Part shown: in pieces, positions 47,953 to 60,741 of the stretch | Layout: each line of letters opens with the position of its first letter | How positions within the stretch are numbered: the first letter of the stretch is position 1 | Origin: Takakia lepidozioides | Lineage: Eukaryota > Plantae > Bryophyta | Length of the DNA stretch: 64,000 nucleotides | NCBI GenBank assembly: GCA_030704615.1 | Contig: CM060733.1 | Coordinates: 1,178,001-1,242,000, forward strand | Direction: 5' to 3' | The notes under the pieces: model-generated | Database searches by the model: none | Seen by the model: the letters and a program-made list of their open reading frames with translations, nothing else | What the model was told of the DNA's origin: nothing | Program-made: the position numbers and the translations under genes

Positions 47953-50139
47953 ATTTCCCCCTCTTCAAGGGTCAGAGGTGTTGGGTGAGCGGGCGGGCCG
48001 GCGGGGGTGGGGGCCCAAAACAAATACCCCAAACAATGAATCTTTTATTGCACGCGCGCCAAAGGGAAGGCAAGTGGGAGTAGACGACAAGCGCCGACGG
48101 CGACAGCGCACGTCGGTGGTCGTTGCCGCGCTGCTCGGTTGACTTGAATGGATGAACAATGGTGGATGGTTTACTTCTGTGGTGCTGCAAGGATCCATTT
48201 GCAGTCTTGAAAATTCACCTACTGCAGACGGTTGGATGCGTGTGAAGATCGGATTGATGTGGAACAACAGTAAGGAAAGATCAGTCGAGTGGAATAAGGA
48301 GACCGGGATCTCTGCACTCTTGCAATCAGAAGTAGATTCGCCTACTGCACATAGTTGGTATACATGTGATATCGATGATCTGGAAAAACAGTAAGAAAAG
48401 ACTCAGAATAGAGTTGAGTTGGAATAAAGATGGATACAGGTGATGATCTATCTGGACCAACACTAAGAAAATAATAAGAACAGAGTTGAGTTGGAATAAC
48501 GAAAGAGGAGGCGCTGGACCCAACTTTGTCTTGTACTCTTGCAATCAGAAATAGATGTGATCGATCTGGACTAATAGTAAGAGAAGAGTTGGGTTGTTGG
48601 AGAGACTAGGGAAGCGCTGGACCCTCCCTAAATGAAGTAACCAACGGAAGTCGATCAGATTGAGTTTGACAGGAAGCGTTTTTATCACACACTGACAATG
48701 TGTGGGTTACTGCATGATGGATCTGCAGCAGCAGCAACAACGACAATGCTCAACAATAGTTAAGTAAACAGTCGGCAGACTGCAAGGTACTAAACTAGCT
48801 CATCACTCAACTCCTGAATTAGCCTCATGGCCCTTTCCAAGGTTTTCTTCTTCGGCCAGGATGGTTCCTCATTTAATATGAACTCAAGGCAGTCTGACTC
48901 CTTCGGTTCAAAGGGATGTAAATTACGGTTCCTCTGGAGGAGTCCTCTTACTTTCGCCACTCTCTCATTCGTCATTGGGCCCTCCGTGGCCTGTGTGTGA
49001 GCAGTAGGCTCTGTAAATTCACTGGACGTTAAAGAAGCTTTATCTTTATCTTTATCTCTCCCCTTTTGTATAAAAGGTTATAGAACTAAAGTAAATAAGT
49101 AAGCAAGTAACTTATACGAATGTTGACGGCTAAGGGATTTATGAAAGGACTCCTTGTCAATACTGGAAATTCTCCCAAGGTACATTGTCAGCTTATAGGG
49201 TAGACAGGCCTGTGGCCATTCATCTAACGATGGTGGAAAAATTTAGCAGTGAATTTTTATCAATGAATTTTCGTCGTTTTTAACCCGGGCAGGATTGATA
49301 AGATGCCCCACATCGGGGCATCTTTACACACTTGGAAGTATTTAATGCAGTTCACACAAAGTTGTGGCGTCTCAAAGTTGAACCAATCAAAATGCTTATG
49401 TGAACCTTGAGCCCTACGACAATCACATTTTTGGGGAGTTTTATCAAAAATGTTTTTGCCAAGTGGCAAGTAAGCTGGACCCGAAGCTATGGCTTGATTG
49501 GTCGTAGGCACTATAACGGTCATAGGCCTCTTTACCCTATATGGTGCGCGGCTGCATTCCTTAGAGCTGATTGAACTCACTAATAACAACCTACTCTTGT
49601 CCAGATTAGGCATCCTCCATCCCTGTTATGCCTTATGAACCCACTCTAGAAACGCCTATAGGCATACCTATGACAGATCGTAAAAAATTCATAACTAATC
49701 CAAAAAATATATTTCTTTCTCACAGTTAATAAGGATGCAGATGCCTTCATGCCACAATTGGTCCCATGTAAAGATTCTGACAGCAATGCTTATTTCCACG
49801 GAATTGGCATATGCACCCTATAGCAACTGCATTAAAGGGAGGTCTAAAAGTGTTTCATTTGTATCATAAAGTAGATTGTGTTTCAGGTTTGAAGCTTAGG
49901 GAACTTTTTAGTTTGTGGATGACACGAGGACACCAAAGCACAGCCCAACGTCTCCAAAGAGAAAGGTGAACGTTTATGTCTCACATAACATTGGTGGATT
50001 GATTCGATTTTGTGAACATGACGGAGATCCAAAATTATGAGCATTTTTATATTAATAATTTGAGAACCCACTCAGTCATGCGCACCTTGGATATCCTGCC
50101 AGAAATATATAGACACCAAGCTGACTGTATTGATTGCCG

Positions 50140-51750
50140 TTCAAACACTATTTAGATGCTGACTAAGCTGACAGTGCATAGAGGATGCGTTCCGTTGCAA
50201 TGTGCCATGGCCATGTGCGATGGCTTCCCATGACCAAGATGTCAGGACACACTCTTTGAACTTCCTCGCATTCTTTATATCTCCTTGCTTCAACCAGCCT
50301 TCAAACTCCACCTGTCATTAAAGAAAACCCAAACATGAGAAAAATACCGTGTCCGGCTCTCTTGTTCACAGCGTTTACGACACCTACGAGGGTTGAACTG
50401 ATGCTTTCATTCAATGTACTGACACCCAGAATATCCAATCTGTAATACAAACATGATTGGCCTTTGAAGTTTCCAGTCAGTCACACCAGCTTCAGCAGAG
50501 AAATGGAGTCAGTGAGCTTTTACACTACTTCCATGAGCCCAAGTTCGACCAAAGGAGAGGAAACAGGTTACGGTGAAAAAGGAGCATGATGTGGATTACT
50601 AAATTCCCTGAGAGGATCTCCAGTCATGGAGACCCGTGATTGAAGAAGTTGTGCACAGAATAATCAACTGGCCTATGTGGACCATAAACTCCATGTGAAA
50701 AAGAAGACAGGGAGTTTTGCTATCTAAAAAGATGCCAGCATCAGCCTCATAACTGACCGGGCCATGATCTGCACTTTGCATGCTGTACAATTGGGCAAAT
50801 TAACTTATGTCATCTCCTGTTCCATCCATACGAGTCTGAGAACCAAGCCTGAACTTGCCCAAAGCTCTTATCAGAAATTTAGCCGGGGGCGGGGGGAGGA
50901 GGAGGACATGCCGGTGTGGTTGGCACATGAAAAAAGAAAAAAAGAAAGTCCATGTAGGGGAGACCCAAAGCCCAGGGACACAAACAAGAAAAGAGAGAGA
51001 GATAAGGAAACTATCCTAGCTTATTGCACTGCTTAATGAGTTGTTCTAGTAAATGGAGACCTTTGCTTTGCTCTTCCTCCTTCAAGTGCTTATAGTCATC
51101 AGTTGGCGCATGGATCCTATCCATGTCTTCAGGGCAGGAAGCCTACCTTTGAACAGCAAACAGAAGCAGAGAGGAAAGGGAGAGTGCAATTGCCCGTTGT
51201 GTGGGCAATCTGAAGACAGTAATCATTTTCTGATACACTGTCCGGGGTTCTCTCACCAAAGAGACGCTCTCTTCAAATCTATCAAGGGAATTGTGCCTGT
51301 ACCCCTGTTTACCAACTTTGAAAGTCTCGAGGCTGAGCCAAAAGCCCAGGCCCTCCTGAGGCCTAGTTTTTGGGCAAATCACACACAGCAGATTGATGCT
51401 TGTGTGAAGGGATTTCTAGAGGATATCTGGAAAACCCGGATTAATTCTATATATGAAGGTAAGTCTTACTACCAACGTCAGCCCCTGACAGAGGTAGGTT
51501 CTGTCCCTTTTGTTCCCGCTCAAACTGGGCGCGGGGTCAATGGCCACAAGGCTACGGCAAACAACGTCTTATGAGTACATGTCTTCGTATCCTGCTCACA
51601 ACAACTCAGTGAAAGGCAATGGGTTCAGTCTACTGTGATAAATGGCCCCAGATTTTCCTCAATTTGAAATTTCACGGAGATTGTCTTGATTGATACCACA
51701 AACAATAGAGAGGGAGAAAGATTGAGACAAGCGGCAAAAAGCATGCTGAT
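50140..51750 (-). pseudogene. USP pseudogene (end of intron 1, exon 2, intron 2, exon 3); exon 2 split by a LINE
   Basis: Colinear with 23110-22285 and 20250-20050 of the intact gene; frameshifting deletion in exon 3; donor site lost. Confidence 0.88.
51131..51577 (+). mobile_element. 5'-truncated LINE copy with 9-bp TSD
   Basis: TSD CATGTCTTC at 51122-51130 and 51578-51586; encodes CPLCGQSED..HFLIHCP; same family as 20300-22060. Confidence 0.9.
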
Positions 51751-51987
51751 GGAGTGAAGTCAAGGCATATGATATTACAACACCGACCTGTGCTTGGTAT
51801 GGTGGTTGACTGGGAAGAGGTCATTCCACTTCAAGAGAGAAAGTGCTGAGCTCATGGCATGGGGATCCATAAGGATTTCGTCATCTGTGTCAACTGCCTT
51901 TTCATCTTCAGGGGGAATGACCGCTGCTCCCATCGCTCCACCCTCCTGTTGAAGTAGTGATTTTTCCTTTATGGCTTCTGTTTTGTT

Positions 51988-54237
51988 TCACCAGTAATCC
52001 CCACAAGAACAGATCCCGTCTTGGAAGTGGTGAAACCGACTGGAGTCCCTTACAACAACTTCGCGCCCAACAATCTTGGAGATGAACTTGCTCGCAGTGT
52101 GACAGTCACCACACACCCGAAGGTTCTTGATGACACGAATAGGCGTCCCAGAGGGCATGCTGATGAGTCCAAAAGCAATGGCCAGCTTCTCACTATGGTG
52201 GCAAAGAGAAGATTCCTTTTGCTCCTCTTCCAAATCATGCAATACAAAGCGTGTGTCAGGCACATACCCGGCCTCCTTCATTAGCCCGAATAAAATCTTC
52301 AGCTCAGCATGGATTTCCTCAATTTGTGGATGCCATTTGTCTTCTACAGCAAAGCTATGCACCTCGTTGTTGACCTCGACACAGCTGATCCCTGGCTCCT
52401 TTCTGACTCCTCTGTCCTCCATCATCGTTCTCACCATGGCTTTATCTTCCCACCTGCCAGCCGCAGCATAGATGTTTGACAGTAGCACATATGCTCCACC
52501 ATGATGTGGATCAATCTTGAGAATGCTTTTAGCTGCACGTTCTGCCATCACTAGATCGCCGTGTATTCTGCAGGCACCAAGCAAAGCCCCCCACACCCCA
52601 GCATCTGGTTGTATTGGCATTTTGTTAATCAATTCCTCCGCCTCATCCAGTTGCCCTGATCGGCCAAGAAGGTCCACAACGCAGCTAAAATGCTTAACTG
52701 TAGGAGTGAGACCATGATTTTGATTCATGGAATCAAAGTAGTGACATCCTTCATCCACTAGGCCCACATGGCTACATGCAGAGAGAAGAGATACGAACGT
52801 GACACTGTTGGGCTTCCAGCCTTCCTGTTGCATTCTTTCAAATAGCTGCACACCCTCCCTACCATAGCCATGCTGGGCACATGCTGCTATCATCCCACTC
52901 CATGAGACCAAATCTCTTTTAGCCATGCTGTTGAACACTTGACGAGCATCCTTCATGCCCCCGCATTTGGCATACATGTCCACAATAGCATTCTCCAAAT
53001 TAATGTATGGGACAATTCCAGCTTTCATAACGTCAGCATGGACCTCTTTGCCTTTCTCCAGGGCTCCTAGGCTGGCACAAGCATTGAGAACACATATGAA
53101 CGTGACCCTATCGGGCGTCACCCCTGCACGTTGCATTTGCTCATAAACCTTCAAAGCTTCCCTACCACATCCATGCTGGGCATATCCTGAAATCACTGCA
53201 CTCCATGAAACCACATTCTGTTTAGCCATCCTGTCAAACACTTGCCGTGCATCCATCATGCTCCCACATTTAGCATACATATCGATAAGGGTATTCTCCA
53301 AAATGATATCTGGCGCAATTCCACTCTTGTTGATGGCAACATGGACCTGCTTGCCCATTTCTAGGGCTTGTAGGCTGGCACAGGCATTGAGAATGCAAGT
53401 GAATGTGACCCTGTCAGGTGTCACCCCTTCCCGCTGCATTCGCTCATAGATCTTGCAAGCCTCCCTACCACACCCATGTTTTGCATATCCTGCTATCATT
53501 ATATTCCAAGTACACATGGCTCGTTCAGACATTTTGTCAAACACTTTGCGTGCATCCACCACGCTCCCGCACTTCGCGTACATGTTTACAAGGTTGTTCA
53601 GTAGGAAGATGTTTGGCTTGAAACCAGTTTGAATAATGTGGGCGTGCACCTGCCTCCCCTCTGCTAGGTCTTTCATGTTAATGCACTCTTGCAACAGAGA
53701 GACATAAGTACTGCAGTCGCCCCGAATTCCTCGTTGGTTCAAAATGTGCAGAGCCTCTTTCGGTCGTCCTGCCTTACATATTGTCCTCACATCCCCATAT
53801 ATGCCCAAAGAGTCCTCATCTTCTTGTTCTCCTTTAAAAGCAGTGATGATGGCACAGGTGCTGTGCTTGCCGCCAGTCTGATGTCCAACAAACGACTGTG
53901 CCCGATTCAACCCTGCCCACCTGCATGACTCAGAACTCTTGGTTACGCCTTTACGCTCAAACTCGTAACACATGTCCAAGATTCTAGAATTCATACCCAT
54001 CATCTGCGAGTGCCTTGGCTCCGGAAATGCCCACCAGGAAGCCCATGTTTTCAGCTCCACAACCTTTTCAGAAAATCCGCAGCACGATGTCAAGCCCCCA
54101 CCCCGCTCAGCGCAACGAGAAGACAGAGTGCCCGAGCACGCTGCCATTGTGGGAGCATAGGCATCGAGAGAAAGTGAGAACCGAGAAGCGAGGACTGTGT
54201 GAAATATGAAACTTGGCTTCAAAAATTTGGAGCTCAT
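51988..54237 (-). CDS. Intronless PLS-E1-E2-DYW pentatricopeptide protein (organellar C-to-U RNA editing factor, DYW:PG type), 749 aa from the first ATG
   Basis: Eleven L/S/P motifs, PG box (PGISCVEV), HSEKLA, CGDCH and terminal CSCGDYW in an uninterrupted frame; long N-terminal extension. Confidence 0.95.
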   Translation of the reverse strand: MSSKFLKPSFIFHTVLASRFSLSLDAYAPTMAACSGTLSSRCAERGGGLTSCCGFSEKVVELKTWASWWAFPEPRHSQMMGMNSRILDMCYEFERKGVTKSSESCRWAGLNRAQSFVGHQTGGKHSTCAIITAFKGEQEDEDSLGIYGDVRTICKAGRPKEALHILNQRGIRGDCSTYVSLLQECINMKDLAEGRQVHAHIIQTGFKPNIFLLNNLVNMYAKCGSVVDARKVFDKMSERAMCTWNIMIAGYAKHGCGREACKIYERMQREGVTPDRVTFTCILNACASLQALEMGKQVHVAINKSGIAPDIILENTLIDMYAKCGSMMDARQVFDRMAKQNVVSWSAVISGYAQHGCGREALKVYEQMQRAGVTPDRVTFICVLNACASLGALEKGKEVHADVMKAGIVPYINLENAIVDMYAKCGGMKDARQVFNSMAKRDLVSWSGMIAACAQHGYGREGVQLFERMQQEGWKPNSVTFVSLLSACSHVGLVDEGCHYFDSMNQNHGLTPTVKHFSCVVDLLGRSGQLDEAEELINKMPIQPDAGVWGALLGACRIHGDLVMAERAAKSILKIDPHHGGAYVLLSNIYAAAGRWEDKAMVRTMMEDRGVRKEPGISCVEVNNEVHSFAVEDKWHPQIEEIHAELKILFGLMKEAGYVPDTRFVLHDLEEEQKESSLCHHSEKLAIAFGLISMPSGTPIRVIKNLRVCGDCHTASKFISKIVGREVVVRDSSRFHHFQDGICSCGDYW

Positions 54238-54299
54238 CAGTCTTCTCCAACATCGCTGTTGGATGAGCAGCGTCACTAATTAAGAAACTAATTAGCAGC

Positions 54300-55985
54300 T
54301 GAAGTTGATTGCCTATAGACCTTGCGGTGCAACCTAGCAAATATGCGGTGTGGTCTCCGTCCTTTGTCTCCATGCTCACTTCGTCTCCATGCTCACTTCA
54401 TTGCTCCAACCAATCGCATCATAATCCTGGGAGTCCTTTTTTGCACCACCCGGTTCACAACGTCCTTCTCGGAGGATGCAACCCACGTCGATCTCCTTCC
54501 TAGGCTCGGAGATATACAGGTAGCATATGAATCTTGACCAAATGTTTCCTTCAGCGTCCCTCATATCTCTTGCACACTGTTCCTAGCCCAGATTTCCTAC
54601 ACCTCTTATTTGGGTTTGATACTACCATGATGACTATCTTCGGGGGAATGTTAGGACTAGGAGCTTTGGAGGGTGCTAAGGGACTTTTGCCACGACGGCA
54701 AGCCACCCTGCCCATCTCTTCCGGTGGTGTAGGTCTTTTGTCCACTGTCACTACCGCCCCGTCAGCTTTCCTCGGCATTTCGCGAAACAGTTTGTGACGA
54801 ATTTTGGTTGGGCGTTGGTTGCGTCAGCCCTCGCTTCACGATTTCTCTGTGACCATCGTCCCATCCTTATGGACGCCGTTGCACATGTCAACAGTGACAT
54901 TTTACCCTTCCAGCAGCATCTCCGTTCTGCACGAGATCTTCTTCCAGCACCAACGCGAGCATGTCTACCACTATTTGAGCAGTTGGTTGCTCAAGGCCTC
55001 GACCATCTTCAGGAGTCCATTTCCGAGCGCGTGCACCGTCATTCCTTTTCCCGCATGCTCTCAAGTGTTTTTTCTGAGTTGCATTGAGCCCGACTTCTAT
55101 CTTGCGCAGGACCCGGAGCAGGGGCATGGTTGGCAGCACGACCCACTATCGCACATTTTCGCCTCTCATCCCCTATTTTCACTACTGCGCTCCGCCTTCG
55201 ACTCGGTTTGCCTCATCCTTCGGCATTGGGCCAGTGCTGCGTCTGTCATCAGCCCATCGATGACCTTGCCATCCATCTCTGTCCATGTGGTGGTGAGCGC
55301 ACTGCGTCTCATGATATGGTTCGCGATGTGGTGACATCTATTGCTCGGGAGGCAGGGTATCATGTACTGCGTGAGCAACCACATCTACGACCCACACTCA
55401 TGTCCCACTCTACATGTTGCCGTGTTGACATCGTCCTATCTAGAGATGGTTTGCGTACCCTAGCGGATGTCGTTCTCGCCGACCCCACTCGAACGGATAT
55501 GCTATCTCGCGCAGCTTCCACACCAGGCACGACAGCCACTGTAGCAGCTCAGGCCAAAAAGCGCGACTACAGCGATCGTCAGCCCACCGACATATTTCTT
55601 CCACTGGCGGTCGAGATATTTGGCTCATTGCACCGGCACTTCGACGATTTCCTGCGGACATGTGCACATCATGCAGCCAAGAGCGGGTCCACTGGCATCC
55701 CACATGTCTCCGTCCTTGTCGCCTACTATCGACAACGTGTTTCAATTGCTTTGCAGATAGCACAAGCCATATCTATTTTGCATCAGGCTAATGTGGCTAG
55801 CTCCGCGTCATCTTATCTTCCCCCTATGCCTGACATTTTGCCTATTTCCTTGCCTGATCTCCTCCAGGCTGTTGGCTCGGAGGGTCGCTCTGCTTGAGTA
55901 GCTTACTATAGCTTTTCTTTTCTTTTCTAACTGAGTAGCTTACGATAGCTTTTTGTTTTCTTCTCTTGTTCTTGTTCCCCTTCCC
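54300..55985 (+). mobile_element. 5'-truncated CRE-like non-LTR retrotransposon (end of RT, zinc knuckle, restriction-like endonuclease)
   Basis: LAVQPSK.AVWSP, QATLPISSGGVGL, CVC..HLCPCGGERTASHD, RVDIV..LADV..K..Y..FLPLAVEIFG, RQRVSIALQ; T-rich duplicated tail; internal stops. Confidence 0.8.
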
Positions 55986-56914
55986 CCCCTTTTGGGAACT
56001 TCTCATCCTAACTTATGTAAGTTCACCCATTGTACATGTTGTAAATAAAGTCTTCCGGGGTTTATCATTTGGCACCTCGTTACAGGTTTTAATCTGCATC
56101 CCATAAGAGATTCTGACCGTCCAAGAATGTGCATCTGAATCTCGAGGGTGGTCGAGATGGTGATGTAAGTTGGTGGCATCCATTTGTTGGGAGGTGAGGA
56201 AACAGAAAAGACGAGGTGATGGTGATGAGGAAATGAGGATTGACATTCGAGCCTCTTGGATTCTAATAAGGTCCCTTGCTGGATAATACCTAGTGAAGAT
56301 ATCTAGTAAGAGATGGTCGGATCCTCGCTGGACACCTTCCTCGTTGGCAGCGTCTGCGTCTCCTCCCCTGTTTCCCGGGCTCATTCAAAGATGGATGTTT
56401 CCGGAGTTTGCTATTTGCTTGCTGGATCTTGTGCAGAATGACAGTTGTGGTTCCGATCGTAAAATGCATTGGTTTGAAATGCAGAGACACAGCGGGAGGG
56501 AGAGAGGATGAGAGATATAAGTTCTGTCCGAGGATCGGTAGCGTGTACGTGAAATTATGACCCAGATGATCTTGGTATTAGGTTCTAATGTATGATTCAT
56601 GGGCTATGATTGAGGTCGATCGTGGAAAATTGGGCACTGCGAGGAACGTGTACAGATAAAGGGAGAGAGACGGGTCTTGGTGGAAGGGTACGAGGAATTT
56701 GTACCTCGACATGAAAGTGCAAAGTTGTGGGTTTTGATGTGAGCATGTTCAGAAAGAAGGCGGAAACAAATATTCCCTGTGAAGTGATGATCCAATAGAA
56801 GGAAAACGTGGGCGATTGACGCTCGAGGAAGTAAACTCCAACTGGGTTCTCAAGTTGTACACCAATCACTGTGACCAAGGGGAAGGGTTGCTGGGCAAGG
56901 AAGGTAATCCAAGC

Positions 56915-59900
56915 ATGCATATGCAAGCCCTGTTTGTGAGGGCATGCTCATCACAGTTCCCGAGACACGTAGATGTGGATCCCCAGCTTTTGTTGAGGGC
57001 TGTCGAACTTGCGGGATCATCGGCTGGCTTAACTGCACCGCATCCGAACGCTGGTTGTGTAATAGCCCGCGGTACTCGGGTGGTTGGGGAAGGTTTTCTT
57101 TATGCCCAAGGATCGCGGTGCGCGGAACTGCAAGCTGTAGAAAGAGCTGGGGAGTATGCCAGGGGCGCAACAGCCTATCTTAATCTGGAGCCTGGAGATT
57201 GTCATGGTGATGATACAGCATTGCTTGCACTCACACAGGTAACTCACTTCCCGCCACTGCATTCTAGCAATCTGGAGGATTGTGAAAGCAGGGCATTTTG
57301 CTCATACACTCTTTCTTTCGTTCACCATTCACCGATTTAGCAATTTGCATGCTTACTGGAGGCACATTGGAATTCCAGCGAACAGGGAGGAAATTTTCTA
57401 GGGGATTGGGAGAGCTGACATTTTCGCTGACAGGCAGGGGTGTCAAGAGTGGTGGTGGGTTTGCGCCACCCGTTGCAGCATCTGCGTGGAAAAGCCATCG
57501 CCGCCCTTAGACATGGAGGTGTTAGTGTGGATGTTGGTGGAGAGGAATTGAAAAGTGAGGACAGCATCACGGTAGGACTCTGGCTATCCTCAAACCCTGA
57601 ACTACAGAAGAGTGTTCACAACAATTCGAAGTGCCAGATACTTGGCATGGGTTGAATTTACTCCATTTGAAAGGTGTTTGCACCGACCCATTTGCCAAGA
57701 ACAATCCACAGTAAAGGGACTTTGTGTGTAAATCTGCACACAGCTGCGCTCTGTAAGCATGGTCAATTTGGTTTGTTACTTTGGGTTCAGTTGTGCAACT
57801 ATTGTTGTGTGGGTAGTCTTGTGTTACCGAAGGTGAGCCACATATTTCAGTCCTGATGGATATCTGATTTGGTTTGTTTTGGCTGTTTGCAGGAAGCAGT
57901 TGAGGCATGCCAGGTTGTGAATGCGCCATTACTTTACAGGACTGCATATCACATTCCATTCTCTGTTTTGAAGTATGCCATGACAATTGATGGTGAGGTC
58001 CTCTCTTTCCTTTGCTGTAAGTAAGAGACTCTCTATTGATTGTTCCTGGATTTTTCATTTCCTTTCCAAAAGTGAAGCCCAAAAAGTGGGGACTCCGTCA
58101 AACACATGAATCTGCAAGAGATTGCAGTGTTCTTACAAAGGAATTTGTGATTTGGAGCAGGAAAGATTGCTGCAAGCACTGGGCATGCATCATGGGTATC
58201 CAGTAAGCTTTCCCGAGAGCGTGTGTTTGCAATTCGAGCTCAAAGTGATGCTATTATTGTGGGAGGCAACACTGTCCGCCGTGATAGTAAGTCTACTTCC
58301 TTGCCTTTCCCCTTCAATGCTTACTTGGGACTCCCATTCTCTCCCACATGGGTTTGCTGGACGCAGGAGAAATGTGTTCGTTTTCTCTACAAAACACTTC
58401 AGGGGTCATTCAGATGACAGGATGAATAGCCGCGTGTGTCTGAGACCCAGGGTCTCTCAAGGAGGGCACAGTGTCCTTACACAGTTTTATCTTGCTGAAC
58501 TTGCATATGTGGGCAAATTCCAGATCCAAGGCTCACAACAAGGCAAGACGGGGGCCATCTGCCAGTGCGAATCGTTATGTCTCGAAGCCTGAACTTACCG
58601 GAGGATGCTAACTTATGGAATGTCTCCAATACGCAGACAATAGTGATGACTCAGCGGGGGGCCCGCCAAGACTTCCAGGCACGACTTGCATGCAGGGGAG
58701 TGGAAATAGTCGAGTTTGATTTTCTTACCCCTGAGGCAGTTATGAACAATTGCTACGAACGCGGCTATCTCTCAGTTTTGTGGGAGTGTGGGGGCATGCT
58801 TTCGGCGCCTGCTATTGCAGCAGGTGTAATTCACAAGGCAAGGTCTCTTCACTTATCAGTGCTGACAAATCTGACGTCATCACAAATTTTCCTTAATAGG
58901 GTTTAATTTGATCATCTCAACACGTATATACATACGTAGTAAGTTTTAATATGTCAGCATGTTTGTCAGCATTATTTTTAATGTTTTTGTGAGTAAATAC
59001 TGCAAATATGAAATCAAAGGTTAAGGACAGAAGATTGGAAACTTCCAACCGGCTAATTAAGCTCAGGAAATGAAGTTTTTCTTTTCAGAAACTTGAATTT
59101 ATCACTGTCTGAGATGAATTACCCCTGTGTGTTAACAGCCACTGCATTGAGCAAAATGACAGGATTCACAAATATGGTTTATCATCTTTTATAGTTACTA
59201 AGTTGTGGCTGTGTTGTTTGGTCATGAGAACAGCTCACAGCGTTTGTTGCTCCAAAGATCATTGGAGGTGTTATGGCCCCATCTCCAGTTGGAGATCTTG
59301 GACTGGTGGAGATGACCCAAGCCCTCAACTTGTCAGATGTTGCATTTGAGCAGGTTGGCAATAGGTTACCTGAATGCTTGTTTCAGAGTTGACCCAAGCA
59401 GCAATAGAATACCTCTTTGTTTACTGAGGTCTTTCAGAATCGCAAGCTGTAGATATATTCCTGACCCATTTCCCTGGATTGTGATATAGATTGGACCAGA
59501 TATGCTCATAACGGGATACCTCCATCCAATTCCGGATTTTCGACCGACCACCCCACCTGCTGTGGAAGCTGCATCGAAAATCGATGCAAGCATCATTTCT
59601 ACTCACCACACTCCATCGATCATCGCCTTTTACAAAGCATGGGACCCGTATGGTGCCCTCTCCAGCTTCTCCCCCCACCCTATCCGTTTGCCCGATTCAT
59701 ATGGAAAAATTGTGGAGTGGAGAACTGTTGAGCATTTCTTTCAGGTCTGCGAGTCTCTCTTGGTCTCTTCCTGAATGGCAACATTAATCAATCTAGTGCC
59801 TAGTTCTTAGATTAGTGGTTGAACAGCCAGCTCCAGAGGGATTAGTAATGCACATGGACTCCTCCAATGAGGATACATCATAGCCTGTAGTTGCAGGGGA

Positions 59901-60741
59901 TGGTCAAAGAAAACTCTCTCTCTGTGTATGTTATGAAGTTACTTTTTTTCTTTCACTTTCTCTCTGCATGTAATGATCTTGACTATGCCATGAAGATGCT
60001 TGTGATTTTAGCTTTCTGCATATGCATGTCTGGTTTGAAAGAACAAGAGAGGACTCAGCCTGCATGATACAATTGCTGACTTGATTGCTGCCCTCCTTAC
60101 AGGCTCAAATGTTCCTGGGCACCACAGATCCTTTGGCAGAGCAATTTGTGCAACAGATACAAGCAGCTGAGAGTCCAGAAGAAGCAGTTCGACTGGGGCG
60201 GGCTCTTGCCTTACAGAGGCCAGAACTGGTACACATTGAGCTCATCAGAGCTTTTTTAAGCATCTTATTGTCACACTGTGTTTTGTGCAATCCACCAGCT
60301 ATTCAGCAGAACTCTATGGTAGGCATGTCTGCTGCTGATGGGAACATTCTAATGTAGTTTGTTGCTTGCCGTCAATCAATGGTTCATGTCCAAGTTGCCA
60401 AAGGCATCTAAAGTATTTCAAATATGACCTAGGAACCTCTCATCTTCTTACAGGTCCGACCACACTGGGAGCTAGTCAGGGTTACTGCAATGCAAGCAGC
60501 TTTGCGCGCTAAGTTTTCAAACTATCCTACGCTCCGCTCATTGCTGCTGTCAACAGCTGGGGCAGTATTGCTATTTGCATCAGAAAATGATCCCTTCTGG
60601 GGTGCTGGAAGAGATGGAGCTGGACAAAACCAACTGGGGCGTATACTAATGCTGTTGCGGTCAGAGTTTTTCTCAGAATTGCAAGAAGGAGATCTCAATG
60701 GTCACACAAGGTTTCCTGGGTCAGCCACAGCCGTAGCTTAG
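56915..60741 (+). CDS. PYRR: Riboflavin biosynthesis protein PyrR (inactive deaminase, pyrimidine reductase, NADAR/COG3236 domain); exons ~56915-57238, 57434-57571, 57893-57992, 58161-58286, 58524-58837, 59234-59353, 59490-59744, 60103-60228, 60454-60741; start codon uncertain
   Basis: SAGLTAPHPNAGCV, CAELQA, LNLEPGDCHGD, KYAMTIDGKIA, SDAIIVGGNTVRRDNPRLT, WECGG, FYKAWDPYGALSSFSPHPI, FWGAGRDGAGQNQLG. Confidence 0.95.

Noticed and set aside
47960-50100. Possible gene or element between the SINEs and the USP pseudogene
   Set aside because: Only short unrecognisable ORFs and small local duplications; no termini or domain could be supported.
51053-51574. 173-aa ORF as a host gene
   Set aside because: It is antisense USP exon sequence running into a truncated LINE bounded by a TSD.
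56915-57571. Active RibD/PyrD deaminase or a novel domain fusion
   Set aside because: Zinc ligands are lost (CAE, PGDC); this architecture is the known plant PyrR.
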